From NCBI GenBank assembly GCA_963666735.1, contig OY762926.1, positions 2,272,001 through 2,336,000 on the forward strand: DNA of 64,000 bases, in the 5' to 3' direction. This document shows positions 37,115-47,168 of the stretch, in pieces. The notes under the pieces are model-generated. The model was given only the letters and a program-made list of their open reading frames with translations, had not been told where the DNA came from and did no database searches. Each line of letters begins with the position of its first letter. The stretch's first letter is position 1. Source of the stretch: Gemmatimonadota bacterium (GTDB taxonomy: Bacteria > Gemmatimonadota > Gemmatimonadetes > Palauibacterales > Palauibacteraceae). Position numbers and translations under genes: made by a program.

Positions 37115-37401
37115 GTTTGAGACGGCCAGCCGCATGGCGTTCAGGGTCACGGCGAAGCTGGCTCCCACGTCCCCCACGCAGCTCCGAGGCGGGAACGGCC
37201 CGCTCCGTCCCGTCATCGGCCACCAGAGTCGCGTTCATGTCGAGGCGCAGTGTCCGTGCGGATGCGCCACCAGCCGGCTTGGTTTGGGCCGTGCCCCATG
37301 ACGAACACGAGCACGAGGCCGACCGCCCACAGGCCGCCGGACACGTAGGTCTTGATGGCCTCGGGCGTCCTCCACGGCGAGGATCCGGGAACGCCGTTCA
37401 C
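37115..37401 (-). pseudogene. Collapsed heavy-metal P1B-type ATPase (ZntA/CadA-like)
   Basis: GTGA-coupled to the cusA stop; four successive pieces: N-terminal TM, RTLRLDMN, ATLVADDGTERAVPASELR, VGDVGASFAVTLNAMRLA. Confidence 0.75.
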
Positions 37402-40400
37402 GACGCCGCCTCCGCGGCCGGAGCCTCGCTTCGCACGCGCGGCGCGCGTGCGTTGCGGAGCTGCCACCGGCGCCACAGGAGGTAGATGGCGGGGATCACG
37501 AGCAGCGTGAGGACCGTCGCGGAGATCATGCCCCCGACCATGGGCGACGCGATCCGCTTCATCACATCCGCGCCGGTGCCGGAACTCCACAGGATCGGCA
37601 TCAGCGCGGCGGTGATCGCGGTCACCGTCATCACGACCGGGCGCAGTCGCTCCAGCGCCCCTTCCCGGACTGCGGCCCCGACATCGGCGGGGGTCCGTAT
37701 CCTGCCCGCGCGCCGGTGGCGGTGGAACGCTTCGTCGAGGTAGATCAGCATCACGACGCCGGTTTCGGCCGCCACGCCGGCGAGCGCGATGAACCCCACC
37801 CACACGGCGACGCTCGTATTGTAGCCCAGGAGCCACAGGAACCAGATGCCGCCCACAAGCGAGAACGGCAGAGCGAGCATGACGATCAGCGATTCGGCCA
37901 CGCCCCGGAAGTTCAGGTACAGGAGCAGGAAGATGATCCCCAGGGTCACCGGAATCACGATGCGCAGGCGCTCCTGCACCCGCTGCATGAACTCGTACTG
38001 CCCGCTCCACACGAGGGAGTACCCGCTGGGGAGTTCGAGTTGGGCGGCCACGACGCGCCGCGCCTCCTCCACGTAACTCCCGACGTCGACGCCCTCGATA
38101 TCGATGAAGACGGTGGTGACCGGAAAGGCGTTCTCCGTCTTCACGGCCATGGGCCCCTGGACGGCCGCCACGCGTGCCACCTGCCCGAGCGGAATCTGCG
38201 TGCCGTCGGGAGCGGCCACCAGCACTTCGCGCAGGTTCTCGAGATCGTCGCGCAGTTCGCGCGGGTAGCGGACGTTCACCGCGTACCGCTCGCGCCCCTC
38301 CACGGTGATCGTCGCGTTCATCCCGCCGACCGACGCCATGATCGCGTTGTGCACGTCCCCCACGTTGAGGCCGTAGCGCGCCGCCTCCGGCCGGTCGACG
38401 TCGATGTCGACGTAGTACCCGGAAACCCCGCGTTCGGCGAAGGAGCTTCGTGTCCCGGGCACCGCGCGCACGATGCGCTCGACCTGCTCCCCGAGTGCCT
38501 GCAGCGTGTCGAGATCCGGTCCGAAGATCTTGATCCCGACGGGCGTTCGAACGCCCGTCGCCAGCATGTCGATGCGCCCCTTGATCGGCATCGTCCACGC
38601 GTTCGTCACGCCGGGGAGCGTGACCGCCTCGTCCATCTGCGCGAGCAGACCCGCGGATGTCAGGCCGGGACGCCAGTCGTCCCGCGGCCGGAGGGTGATC
38701 GTCGTCTCGAACATGTCGAGCGGTGCGGGGTCGGTGGCGGTTTCCGCGCGCCCCGCCTTCCCCAGCACTCTCTCCACTTCGGGGAAGGACGCGAGGACGC
38801 TGTCCTGGTAGCGCATGATCTCGCGCGCCTGGGCGATCGAAGCCCCCGGCACGGTCGTCGGCATGAACAGGATCGATCCCTCATCGAGCGGTGGCATGAA
38901 CTCGCTCCCGAGCCGCTGCCACGGGAAGATCGTCGCTCCGAGGAGAAGCCCGGCGGCGGAGACCACGAGCCACGGGCGCCTGAGTGCGGCGTCGAGGAAC
39001 GGCCGGTACAGCCAGCGCAGCGCCCGATTCACCGGGTTGGCGCGCTCCGGGCGGATCCGCCCGCGCACCAGATACCCCATGAGCACGGGGACGAGCGTGA
39101 TCGCGAGGAAGGCGGACCCCGCCATGGCGAAGGTCTTGGTGAACGCGAGCGGCTTGAACAGCCGGCCCTCCTGCTGCTCGAGCGCGAACACCGGGAGGAA
39201 GCTGAACGTGATGATGAGGAGGGAGAAGAAGAGGGGCGGGCCCACCTGCTTCGCGCTCTCGAGGACCACATCCCAGCGGGAGGCGCCGGGGCCGGCGCGT
39301 TCGAGATGCTTGTGCATGTTCTCGATCATGACGATTGCCGCGTCCACCATGGCCCCGATCGCGATCGCGATGCCGCCGAGGCTCATGATGTTGGCGTTCA
39401 CGCCGATCCAGCGCATGACGATGAACGAGAGGAGGATGCCGAGCGGGAGCGTGACGATTGCGACGAGCGCCGACCGGAAGTGCAGCAGAAACAGCAGCGC
39501 CACGGCCGCGACGATGAGCGACTCCTCCACGAGCTTTTCGCGGAGCGTGTCGATGGCCCGGTGGATCAGGTCGCTGCGGTCGTAGGCCGGCCGCAGCCGG
39601 GTGCCGGCCGGCAGCCCCGCGTTGATCTCCTCCAGCCGCTCCTTCACGAGTTCGATCGTCTCGAGGGCATCGGAGCCGAACCGCATGACGACGATCCCGG
39701 CCACGACTTCGCCCCGTCCGTCGAGGTCCGCGAGGCCGCGGCGGGGGGCGGGGCCTTCCTGCACCGTCGCCACGTCTGCGACCCGAATCGGCGTGCCGTT
39801 CGGCGTCGATCCGACGGCCACGTTCTCGATGTCGGTGATCCCCCGCAGGTAGCCGAGACCGCGAATCATGTATTCCCGGCCGCCCATCTCCAGGACGCGC
39901 GCCCCGATGTCGATGTTGTGATCGCCGATCGCCTGCGACACCCGCGTCACGGGGATGTCGAACGCGCGCAGCCGCTCCGGATTCACCTCCACCTGGTACT
40001 GCTTCACGAACCCGCCCAGGCTCGCGACCTCGGCCACGCCCGGCACGGCGGTCAGCTGATATCGGATATACCAGTCCTGCAGCGTGCGCAGTTCGGCGAG
40101 GTCCAGACTGTCCGATTCAAGGGTGTACTCGTAGACCCAGCCCACGCCGGTCGCGTCCGGGCCAAGCGCGGGTTCCACGGTCTCCGGCAGTTGACGCCGG
40201 ATCCCGTTCAGGTATTCGAGGACGCGGGAGCGCGCCCAGTAGATGTCCGTGCCGTCCTCGAAGATCACGTAGACGAGACTGAGGCCGAAGAAGGAGAACG
40301 CTCGCACGACGCGCGCCCCCGGCACCTTCAGCATCTCCGATGCAATCGGGTACGTCACCTGGTCTTCGACGATCTGAGGGGCCTGTTCCGCGAAGTCGGT

Positions 40401-40550
40401 CTGGACGATGACCTGCACGTCGGAGAGGTCCGGGATGGCGTCGAGCGGCGTCGTGCGCACGGACCACAGCCCCGCGCCGACGATGGCGGCCGTCCCGAGC
40501 AGGACGAGGAACCGGTTCCGGATCGACCATTCGATGACGCGCGCGATCAT
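37398..40550 (-). CDS. cusA: CusA-type heavy-metal efflux RND transporter
   Basis: LDAIPDLSDVQVIV, GPDATGVGW, NIMSLGGIAIAIGAMVD, EFMPPLDEG, AAETGVVM. Confidence 0.95.
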   Translation of the reverse strand: MIARVIEWSIRNRFLVLLGTAAIVGAGLWSVRTTPLDAIPDLSDVQVIVQTDFAEQAPQIVEDQVTYPIASEMLKVPGARVVRAFSFFGLSLVYVIFEDGTDIYWARSRVLEYLNGIRRQLPETVEPALGPDATGVGWVYEYTLESDSLDLAELRTLQDWYIRYQLTAVPGVAEVASLGGFVKQYQVEVNPERLRAFDIPVTRVSQAIGDHNIDIGARVLEMGGREYMIRGLGYLRGITDIENVAVGSTPNGTPIRVADVATVQEGPAPRRGLADLDGRGEVVAGIVVMRFGSDALETIELVKERLEEINAGLPAGTRLRPAYDRSDLIHRAIDTLREKLVEESLIVAAVALLFLLHFRSALVAIVTLPLGILLSFIVMRWIGVNANIMSLGGIAIAIGAMVDAAIVMIENMHKHLERAGPGASRWDVVLESAKQVGPPLFFSLLIITFSFLPVFALEQQEGRLFKPLAFTKTFAMAGSAFLAITLVPVLMGYLVRGRIRPERANPVNRALRWLYRPFLDAALRRPWLVVSAAGLLLGATIFPWQRLGSEFMPPLDEGSILFMPTTVPGASIAQAREIMRYQDSVLASFPEVERVLGKAGRAETATDPAPLDMFETTITLRPRDDWRPGLTSAGLLAQMDEAVTLPGVTNAWTMPIKGRIDMLATGVRTPVGIKIFGPDLDTLQALGEQVERIVRAVPGTRSSFAERGVSGYYVDIDVDRPEAARYGLNVGDVHNAIMASVGGMNATITVEGRERYAVNVRYPRELRDDLENLREVLVAAPDGTQIPLGQVARVAAVQGPMAVKTENAFPVTTVFIDIEGVDVGSYVEEARRVVAAQLELPSGYSLVWSGQYEFMQRVQERLRIVIPVTLGIIFLLLYLNFRGVAESLIVMLALPFSLVGGIWFLWLLGYNTSVAVWVGFIALAGVAAETGVVMLIYLDEAFHRHRRAGRIRTPADVGAAVREGALERLRPVVMTVTAITAALMPILWSSGTGADVMKRIASPMVGGMISATVLTLLVIPAIYLLWRRWQLRNARAPRVRSEAPAAEAAS

Positions 40551-41776
40551 CGTCCCTCCATGCCGTGGCCCGCATGCTGCATGCCCGGCATGCTTCCGCC
40601 CGTCGCACCGAGGCGGGATTCGGCATCGATGAGAAAGTTCGCGGAAGCCACGATCGTCTCGCCTTCCGCGAGTCCGCTCAGGATCTGGACCAGATCGCCG
40701 GCCCGCGCTCCGAGGACGACCTCATGCGGCATCAGCAACCCTGTCTCGTCCCGCACGAAGACGAGATTCCGTTCGCCCGTCACGATGACGGCCTCCAGCG
40801 GCACCGCGATTTCGTCGCGGATCGCTGCGACCTCGAAGAAGACGGTGGCGAACATCCCCGGCTTGAAGCGCAGGCCGGGGTTCGGGACCGAGACCCGGAC
40901 ACGGTTTGTGCGGCTCGCGACCTCCACGGTGGGATAGACGAAGCTCACCGTCCCCATCATGTGTTCGCCCGGGTAGGCGGTGACCTCGATGTGGGCCTGC
41001 GAGCCGACGTCGACGAACTGGAGATCCTGCTCGAACACCTCTCCCTCCACCCACACCGTCGAGAGGTCCGCGATCCGGTACAGGCGCGCGCCGGGCGTCA
41101 CCCGCTGTCCCTCGACGACGTCCTTCTCGAGCACGATCCCGCTCACGGGCGCGACGAGGCGCATGGTCTTCGTGACCTCGCCCGTCTGTTCGAGCCGCTC
41201 GATCTGTTCTTCGGTGATGTCCCACCAGGCGAGGCGGCGGCGGCTGGCCTCGAGCATGGACTGCGCGCTCTCCCACGCTTCGCCCGCGGTCGGCGTGACC
41301 CGCGCCGCGAGGCGGCGCGCCGTCAGAAGCTCCTCCTGGGCCGCCACGAGCGCGGGGCTGTAGAGGGTGAGCAGCGGCTCCCCCCGGCGAACGGCTTCGC
41401 CGGTCGTCGCGACCAGCAGTTCCTCGACGAAGCCGTCGGTCTTGGGCGTGATGTCGGCGATGTTGCCCTCGGGGGCGTCGATGCGGCCCACGGTGCGGAT
41501 CTCGCGCACCGCGGAGACGCGCTCCACCGTGGCGTAGGTGACGCCGAGCGCCTGCTCCTGTTCCGACGTGAGCTGCACGAGACCCCGCCCGACCGCCGGC
41601 ATCGCGTCGATCTCCGGGGGCGCGGCCGTCGCAGCCATCATGTGGCCGGCGTGATCGCCTTCCATGCCGGGCATCTCCGCCATTTCGGAGCCCCCGCCGC
41701 AGGCCCAGAGGGCGGCCGCGGCGGAAACGAACCCGAGTCGAGCGCGTGCGACGGGCAAGACGTTGAATCGCTTCAT
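40547..41776 (-). CDS. cusB: CusB-type membrane fusion protein
   Basis: Met/His-rich termini, LYSPALVAAQEE, IADLSTVWV, FKPGMF, FLIDAES. Confidence 0.9.
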   Translation of the reverse strand: MKRFNVLPVARARLGFVSAAAALWACGGGSEMAEMPGMEGDHAGHMMAATAAPPEIDAMPAVGRGLVQLTSEQEQALGVTYATVERVSAVREIRTVGRIDAPEGNIADITPKTDGFVEELLVATTGEAVRRGEPLLTLYSPALVAAQEELLTARRLAARVTPTAGEAWESAQSMLEASRRRLAWWDITEEQIERLEQTGEVTKTMRLVAPVSGIVLEKDVVEGQRVTPGARLYRIADLSTVWVEGEVFEQDLQFVDVGSQAHIEVTAYPGEHMMGTVSFVYPTVEVASRTNRVRVSVPNPGLRFKPGMFATVFFEVAAIRDEIAVPLEAVIVTGERNLVFVRDETGLLMPHEVVLGARAGDLVQILSGLAEGETIVASANFLIDAESRLGATGGSMPGMQHAGHGMEGR

Positions 41777-43083
41777 CGGATCCCCTCCGTTTGGCCCCCC
41801 AACAGGGCTTCGATCTCCGCGACGGCCGTGTGGTAGGCGGCGGTCAGGCGCACGCGTTCGATCTCGTATCGGTTCACGGTGAGTTCGCTCTGCACGAGCG
41901 TCATGAAATCCACCCGACCCACGCGGTAGGCGGAAAGCGACGATTCCACCGCGGCCCGCGCCTGGGGGAGGATCGACGTCACATAGAGGTCGTGGAGCCG
42001 CAGGGCGCGGTCGGACTCGGCCCGCGCCTCCGCGATCCGGGCCCAGGTCTCGTTCAGGAGTTCGAGTTCGGCGGCCTCCTCGGCGGCCTGCCGGGCGAAC
42101 GCTTCATCCCGCATCGGCAACTGGCGGGAACCCGCCCACAGCGGGATGCTGACACCCACGCTGAAGCTCAGCATGTCCGGGAACAGGGGCCGGTGCGCGT
42201 AGTCGGCCCCAAGCCTCAGATCCGGGTAGAGGCCGCGGCGCGCGGCCTCGTAGGCCGACTCCGCAGCCCGAATCCGTTCGCGCGCGGCGCGCAGCGCGGG
42301 CCGTCTCTCCGCGGCGCGCGCCATGAGGTCCGTGACGCGGGGCAGCGGCTCGCCGGGTCCGGGCAGCTCGAGCGCCCCCACGTTTCGTTCGGGCTCGCGC
42401 CCCAGGAGCGCGTTCAGCCTCGCCGCCATGGCGAGCCGGGTCTGCTCGGCCGCCGTGATGTCCTCCGTCATCGTGGCGACAGCCACCTGGGCCTGGAGGA
42501 CATCGTTCTGAAGGCCTGTCCCCACGGCGTAGAGCGTGTTGGAGACATCGAGGAACTCGCGCAGGAGGTCGCGGGTGGCGCGCATGATGTCCAGCGCCCG
42601 GTCCTCGAAGGCGATCTCCAAGTACACCGCCTTCACGCGCCGGACGAGGGCGGCCTCGGCGTCAAGGACCGCCAGTTCCTCGGCGACCGCAAGGTGCGCC
42701 GCGCGCGCCTCCGCGAACCCGAGCTTCCCCGGCCAGGGGAGCACCTGCTGAAGCTGGAACGTGTTCATCGTCATTCGCTCGCCCGCTCCAAACCCGTCGA
42801 GGGGACGGTTTCCGAGCCGGAACGAGACGACCGGATCCGGCGGGGCGCCCATTTGCGGCACGCGGGCCCGGGCGGCGTCGGCCCGCAGGCGGGCGACCCG
42901 CAGCATCGGGTTGGCGCCGCGCGCCACGGCGACCGCGTCGGCTAGGAGGAGCGTGTCGCGCTCCTGCGCCCTGCACGGGAACGCCATGGCCCCGACGGCC
43001 ACCACGGCCCACGTGACGAGCCGGATGCCCGGGCGGATCCCCTCCCTTACGCGGACCCCGCCGGCATGGTATGCGGCTGGCAT
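41773..43083 (-). CDS. TolC-family outer-membrane efflux protein
   Basis: PDP, PWPGKL, SIPLW, ILPQA...AYRVG; operon position. Confidence 0.88.
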   Translation of the reverse strand: MPAAYHAGGVRVREGIRPGIRLVTWAVVAVGAMAFPCRAQERDTLLLADAVAVARGANPMLRVARLRADAARARVPQMGAPPDPVVSFRLGNRPLDGFGAGERMTMNTFQLQQVLPWPGKLGFAEARAAHLAVAEELAVLDAEAALVRRVKAVYLEIAFEDRALDIMRATRDLLREFLDVSNTLYAVGTGLQNDVLQAQVAVATMTEDITAAEQTRLAMAARLNALLGREPERNVGALELPGPGEPLPRVTDLMARAAERRPALRAARERIRAAESAYEAARRGLYPDLRLGADYAHRPLFPDMLSFSVGVSIPLWAGSRQLPMRDEAFARQAAEEAAELELLNETWARIAEARAESDRALRLHDLYVTSILPQARAAVESSLSAYRVGRVDFMTLVQSELTVNRYEIERVRLTAAYHTAVAEIEALLGGQTEGIR

Positions 43084-43170
43084 GAGATGCCTCTCATCTG
43101 AACGGTGACAACTCGCCCGCGGATCGCCGTCGTCAGGGGGCGACCGGGGCGCTCGTGCGGATGTGTCCGT

Positions 43171-43500
43171 TCAGGCGGCTTTCGGAGGGGGCGTGTCCGG
43201 AGAGGCTCTGGATCGGAGTTGCGTCCCGGCGCCGACCGGGGTGGCGTCGGAGTCGTCGGCCGGAGAGCGGAAGCCGGCGGTGGCCGCCGGGAGCGAGGCC
43301 TGCAGCACGACGGCGCAACCCATCAGCGAGTGACAGTCGGTTCCCGCGTCCGCGCCCTCCGGCGGGGGCTCGACCAGAGCCCGCATGCCCGCCATCGGGT
43401 GGTGGTCCCCGTGCTCGTGCGACCCCGCCTCGCACAGCGGGGCGCGCAGGTACGGAAGCACCAGCGTGACCAGAAGCAGGGAAATGGCGAACCGTCGCAT
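43171..43500 (-). CDS. Small His/Cys-rich protein, DUF2946-like candidate leader ORF
   Basis: N-terminal hydrophobic segment, HEHGDHH, CHSLMGC, C-terminal PDTPPP; directly upstream of tolC-cusBA. Confidence 0.6.
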   Translation of the reverse strand: MRRFAISLLLVTLVLPYLRAPLCEAGSHEHGDHHPMAGMRALVEPPPEGADAGTDCHSLMGCAVVLQASLPAATAGFRSPADDSDATPVGAGTQLRSRASPDTPPPKAA

Positions 43501-43574
43501 GATTCCAGTCTACACCGCCCCATCCGGCGTGTCGATGCGGGGGAACGTCCTCCTCAGCCGGAACCGGCGGTGGT

Positions 43575-44780
43575 TCAAGCCGTCACCATCAGCGCGGTTC
43601 CGTACATGACCAGCAGGCCGAGGAGGAGGCCCGTGGCGTTCAGAGGGGTGAACAGGCCCTGCGGCCAGCTCTTCCGGATCAGCCGCGTGACTTCGACGAT
43701 CACCTGGAGGATGGCCCCCGCGCCGAGCGCGAGAAAGAAGGTCGCCAGCGTCGGCGAGTAGGAGAATCCGCCGGCCCACGCCCCGAGGACGGTCGGCAGT
43801 CCCGCGATCCCGCCCATGAACGCGAAGTGCCGAAGCGCCGGCCGCTTGCTCGCCACGGGCGCGACGATGGCCAGCCCCTCCGTCGTGTTGTGGAGCGCGA
43901 ATCCGATCACGAGGAAGCTCCCGAGCGCGATCTCTCCCAGCGAGAAGGCCGCCCCGATGGCCAGCCCCTCGCCGAGGTTGTGCAGTCCGATGCCGATCGC
44001 GATCAGGTAGGCCACCGTGAGCCCGGGACTCGCCCCGCTCCCGCCGCCCCTGCCGCGCCCGAGGTTCCCCAGGGCTCGCAGGCCGACGATGGCGCCGATC
44101 ACGCCGACGGCGATGAGCCCGGCCGCCTGGAACCCCTCCGGCACGAGCGCCGATGCCTCGAGCGTGTCCTCGAACGCGTCCACGACGAGGAACGCCAGCA
44201 GGCCCACGGTGAGGCTGAGGTAGAAGTGGATCCACTTGCGGTCGATCCGCCGCAGAAAGGGATACCACAGCAGGCCCACGAGGACGGGGATGACACCCGC
44301 GTAGAGGCCGAGCAGTCCGAAGGTCGTCAGGTACAGGGCGTTGGGCCTCGGGGAGATCGTCGCAACGGCCACCTCGCGGTCGAAGGTGAGGCCGGTGGAG
44401 GTCACCAGCCGAATCACGTGGAGTTCCCCTTCCACCCAGGGATAGTCCAGCTCGAGCGTGGTCCGGGCGAGGCGCGGAAGGGTCGGTTCCCCATCGATCT
44501 CGAACCGCCAGAAGGCGTCGTCCACGATCACCTGCGCGATGGTGGACGCCTCGGGGCCCCCGTTCACGACGTGCACGCGCATGACGCCGCTCTCCGGGAA
44601 GCTCACGCGCTCGATCGTGAGGTCCTCGACCGGTGGGAACGCGTCGCGGAAGGGAGCCGTGGGATCGGCGCCGAAGAAGAAGACGACCAGTCCCGCCAGG
44701 AGCGCGAGCGGGAAGAGGCCCAGGATCCAGCGCGCCGGTCCGCGCCCGGGCCGAGCGGCGTTGGACCGCTCCTCAGACAT
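43575..44780 (-). CDS. ZIP-family metal transporter with an extracytoplasmic N-terminal domain
   Basis: IGLHNLGEGLAIG, FALHNTTEG. Confidence 0.88.
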   Translation of the reverse strand: MSEERSNAARPGRGPARWILGLFPLALLAGLVVFFFGADPTAPFRDAFPPVEDLTIERVSFPESGVMRVHVVNGGPEASTIAQVIVDDAFWRFEIDGEPTLPRLARTTLELDYPWVEGELHVIRLVTSTGLTFDREVAVATISPRPNALYLTTFGLLGLYAGVIPVLVGLLWYPFLRRIDRKWIHFYLSLTVGLLAFLVVDAFEDTLEASALVPEGFQAAGLIAVGVIGAIVGLRALGNLGRGRGGGSGASPGLTVAYLIAIGIGLHNLGEGLAIGAAFSLGEIALGSFLVIGFALHNTTEGLAIVAPVASKRPALRHFAFMGGIAGLPTVLGAWAGGFSYSPTLATFFLALGAGAILQVIVEVTRLIRKSWPQGLFTPLNATGLLLGLLVMYGTALMVTA

Positions 44781-45882
44781 GCCCGCGCACGGGCACGCCA
44801 TCGTCTGCGGCGAGCCGCTCGACCGCCTCGAAGAAGCCCATCCACCCCAGTTCGGCGAACTCGCTCTGGTGCGCGTGGAACATGTGCATGCCGGGGTTCT
44901 CGAGCCGGAACTCGATCACGTGCCGCTCGCCCTGGCACATCATGATCGTGTCCGTGAGTTCGTACTGCTCCGGCCGCGTGCCGGTCCGGAAGACCTTGAA
45001 CATGCCCGCATGCAGGTGGAACGAGTTGATGAGGTCGAACTCGGTCGTGTTGACGAGGTAGATGCGGCACAGGTCGTTCACCCCGACGCGCACCGGATGT
45101 TGGTGGTAGTAGAACGCCGAAGTATTGACCGCGTACACCTCGTTGTCCCCGTCCAGGTTGCTGTCGAACGCGTTCATCACCATGACCATCTCCCGCGCGG
45201 GTTCCCGGCCCTCGGGCGGATCCACGATGAACGTCCCGTACAGACCCTTATGGATGTGCCGCTTGAGCGGCATGGTGTGGCAGTGGTACAGGTGGAGCCC
45301 GAACGGCTTCGCCTCGAACTCGTAGGTGAAGCGCTGCCCCGGTTCCACTATGGGCTCGAAACCGTCCATCTCCGGCGGGTGCGTGCCATGGAAGTGGATG
45401 GTGTGGGGGTGGGAGCCCGCGTTGACGAACTCGACCCGGAGGATGTCCCCCTCGGTGCAGCGCAGGGTGGGACCCGGCACCTGCCCGTTGTAGGTCCACG
45501 CCGGGAAGAAGATGCCGGGCGCGATCTCGATGTCGCGGTCGAGCGCCACCACCTCCCAGCGCCGCACGACGCGCCCGTCCTCGCGCGTCGCGACCTCGCC
45601 GTAATCGAAATCGGCGATGAAGGCCGCGGGGTCGAACACGCCATCGGGCCCGGGCATGCCGACAACCCCCATCGCCTCCTGGTGCCCCCCGTGCGGGCCC
45701 GCCGCAGCGGCATCCTCTCCGGGCTCGCGTCCGGGCTCACGCGACATGGCGCCGCTGGCCGCCAGGGCGTGTCGCGCGCCGCCCCGGGATGCCAGGTCCA
45801 GCACCGTCGCCCCCGAAACACCGGCAACCCCCGCGGCGCCGAGCTTCAACCAGTCGCGCCGACTCAATTTCTCCGGCTTCAC
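44773..45882 (-). CDS. Tat-exported two-domain multicopper oxidase
   Basis: SRRDWL; HTIHFHG, YHCH..PLKRHIHKGL, SFHLH, MFHAH. Confidence 0.9.
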   Translation of the reverse strand: MKPEKLSRRDWLKLGAAGVAGVSGATVLDLASRGGARHALAASGAMSREPGREPGEDAAAAGPHGGHQEAMGVVGMPGPDGVFDPAAFIADFDYGEVATREDGRVVRRWEVVALDRDIEIAPGIFFPAWTYNGQVPGPTLRCTEGDILRVEFVNAGSHPHTIHFHGTHPPEMDGFEPIVEPGQRFTYEFEAKPFGLHLYHCHTMPLKRHIHKGLYGTFIVDPPEGREPAREMVMVMNAFDSNLDGDNEVYAVNTSAFYYHQHPVRVGVNDLCRIYLVNTTEFDLINSFHLHAGMFKVFRTGTRPEQYELTDTIMMCQGERHVIEFRLENPGMHMFHAHQSEFAELGWMGFFEAVERLAADDGVPVRGHV

Positions 45883-45931
45883 TTGCCCTCCGGATTTCCC
45901 GCGAACACCCGCGCGGGCCGTGGCCCGCAGC

Positions 45932-45957
45932 CGATTTTTAGTCTAGGCTAAAAATCG
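45932..45957. promoter_or_regulatory. Palindrome CGATTTTTAG-TCTAGG-CTAAAAATCG, DtxR/MntR-type operator
   Basis: Perfect 10-bp arms with a TTAG-N6-CTAA core, just downstream of a minus-strand TTGACG(45994)-N17-CATCTT promoter candidate. Confidence 0.75.
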
Positions 45958-46039
45958 TTTTCCCGAAGATGCACGACTCCCCGAGCGGCGTCAACAAGCG
46001 CCTGTCAGTCCGCGGTGAGCCGGGCCAGGGTGAGGCGGG

Positions 46040-47122
46040 TCAATCCGTGGCGGGCTGGCTCTCGAGGGTCATCGCTTCCACCGCGCGGAGGACGCGGGTG
46101 CGGGCGGCCTCCCGGGCCCGGTCGAGTTCGGCGCCGGCCTCCGCCTTCGCCCGGGCGACGCGCGCGAACTTGCCGGGCCGGACGCGATCCAGCCGTGCAC
46201 GGGCCCTGGCGGCGACGCGGTCGAGGCGTACGAGGTCCCGTTCCTGGCGCGCGCGTTCGATGCGCCGCAGGCCGGTCTCCCGGGTCCGCTGGATGCGCGA
46301 CAGAGCCCGGTCCAGGCGCCGGTTCACACGGTCCGCCGAGTCGCGGTAGAACCTTGCCGCGAATTCCCGGGGAGTCGCCGTGCGCGCATAAAGCACATTG
46401 GCGAGTCGCAGGAGACTCAGGACCCGGATGTAGAACCACCCGATGTCGAACTCCCACCAGTGCGCCTTGAACTTCGCCGAGCGCGGGTCCGCGTGATGGT
46501 TGTTGTGGAGTTCCTCGCCGAGGATCCAGATACCCCAGGGATAGAGATTGTGGCTGTCGTCGCGGGTGCCGAAGGTCCGGTAGCCGAGCGCGTGTCCGAG
46601 ACCGTTGATGATGTTCCCCGTGAGCGGCATCCAGAACACCATGCACGTCCAGACGATGAGCCCCGGGATGAGCCCGAACAGGAACAGGTCGAGGACGAGC
46701 ATGAACCGGATTCCAAGACCGCGGCGCTTCGCATAGACGTTGCGCTCGACCCAATCGTCGGGGGTCCCCTTCCCGTACTTCTCGAGGAGCGTGTGGTCCT
46801 TCGAGGCCTTCCGGTAGAAGAAGAGTCCGCCGAAGGCGATGTTCGCGAGTCCCTCGAGCGTGGGCGAATGGGGATCGCCCTCACGGTCGGCGTAGGCGTG
46901 GTGCTTGCGGTGGATCGCAACCCACTCCTTCGTCACGATCCCGGTCGTGAGCCAGCACCAGAAACGCATCGCGTGCTCGACCACCGGGTGGAACACGACT
47001 CCCCCATGCGTCGCCGAGCGATGCAGGTAGAGGGTGTTGACCATGTTCGTGAGGTGGCCGGCGACGAGGATCCACACGAGGGCGATCCACCACGGTTCTC
47101 CCAGGATCGCGTAACCTGGCAT
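46040..47122 (-). CDS. Delta-9 fatty acid desaturase (DesA-like)
   Basis: His boxes LHRSATH, HRKHH, ELHNNHH; WWEFDIGW. Confidence 0.92.
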   Translation of the reverse strand: MPGYAILGEPWWIALVWILVAGHLTNMVNTLYLHRSATHGGVVFHPVVEHAMRFWCWLTTGIVTKEWVAIHRKHHAYADREGDPHSPTLEGLANIAFGGLFFYRKASKDHTLLEKYGKGTPDDWVERNVYAKRRGLGIRFMLVLDLFLFGLIPGLIVWTCMVFWMPLTGNIINGLGHALGYRTFGTRDDSHNLYPWGIWILGEELHNNHHADPRSAKFKAHWWEFDIGWFYIRVLSLLRLANVLYARTATPREFAARFYRDSADRVNRRLDRALSRIQRTRETGLRRIERARQERDLVRLDRVAARARARLDRVRPGKFARVARAKAEAGAELDRAREAARTRVLRAVEAMTLESQPATD

Positions 47123-47168
47123 TCGTTTTTCTCCTCATCTCTCTGCGTTTCGCTGCGGACCAACCAAC

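Noticed and set aside
37716..40937. 1073-aa plus-strand ORF and similar shadow ORFs (e.g. 55498-58359, 52908-54845, 22868-24727)
   Set aside because: Antisense to well-supported genes; expected in high-GC DNA; no motifs
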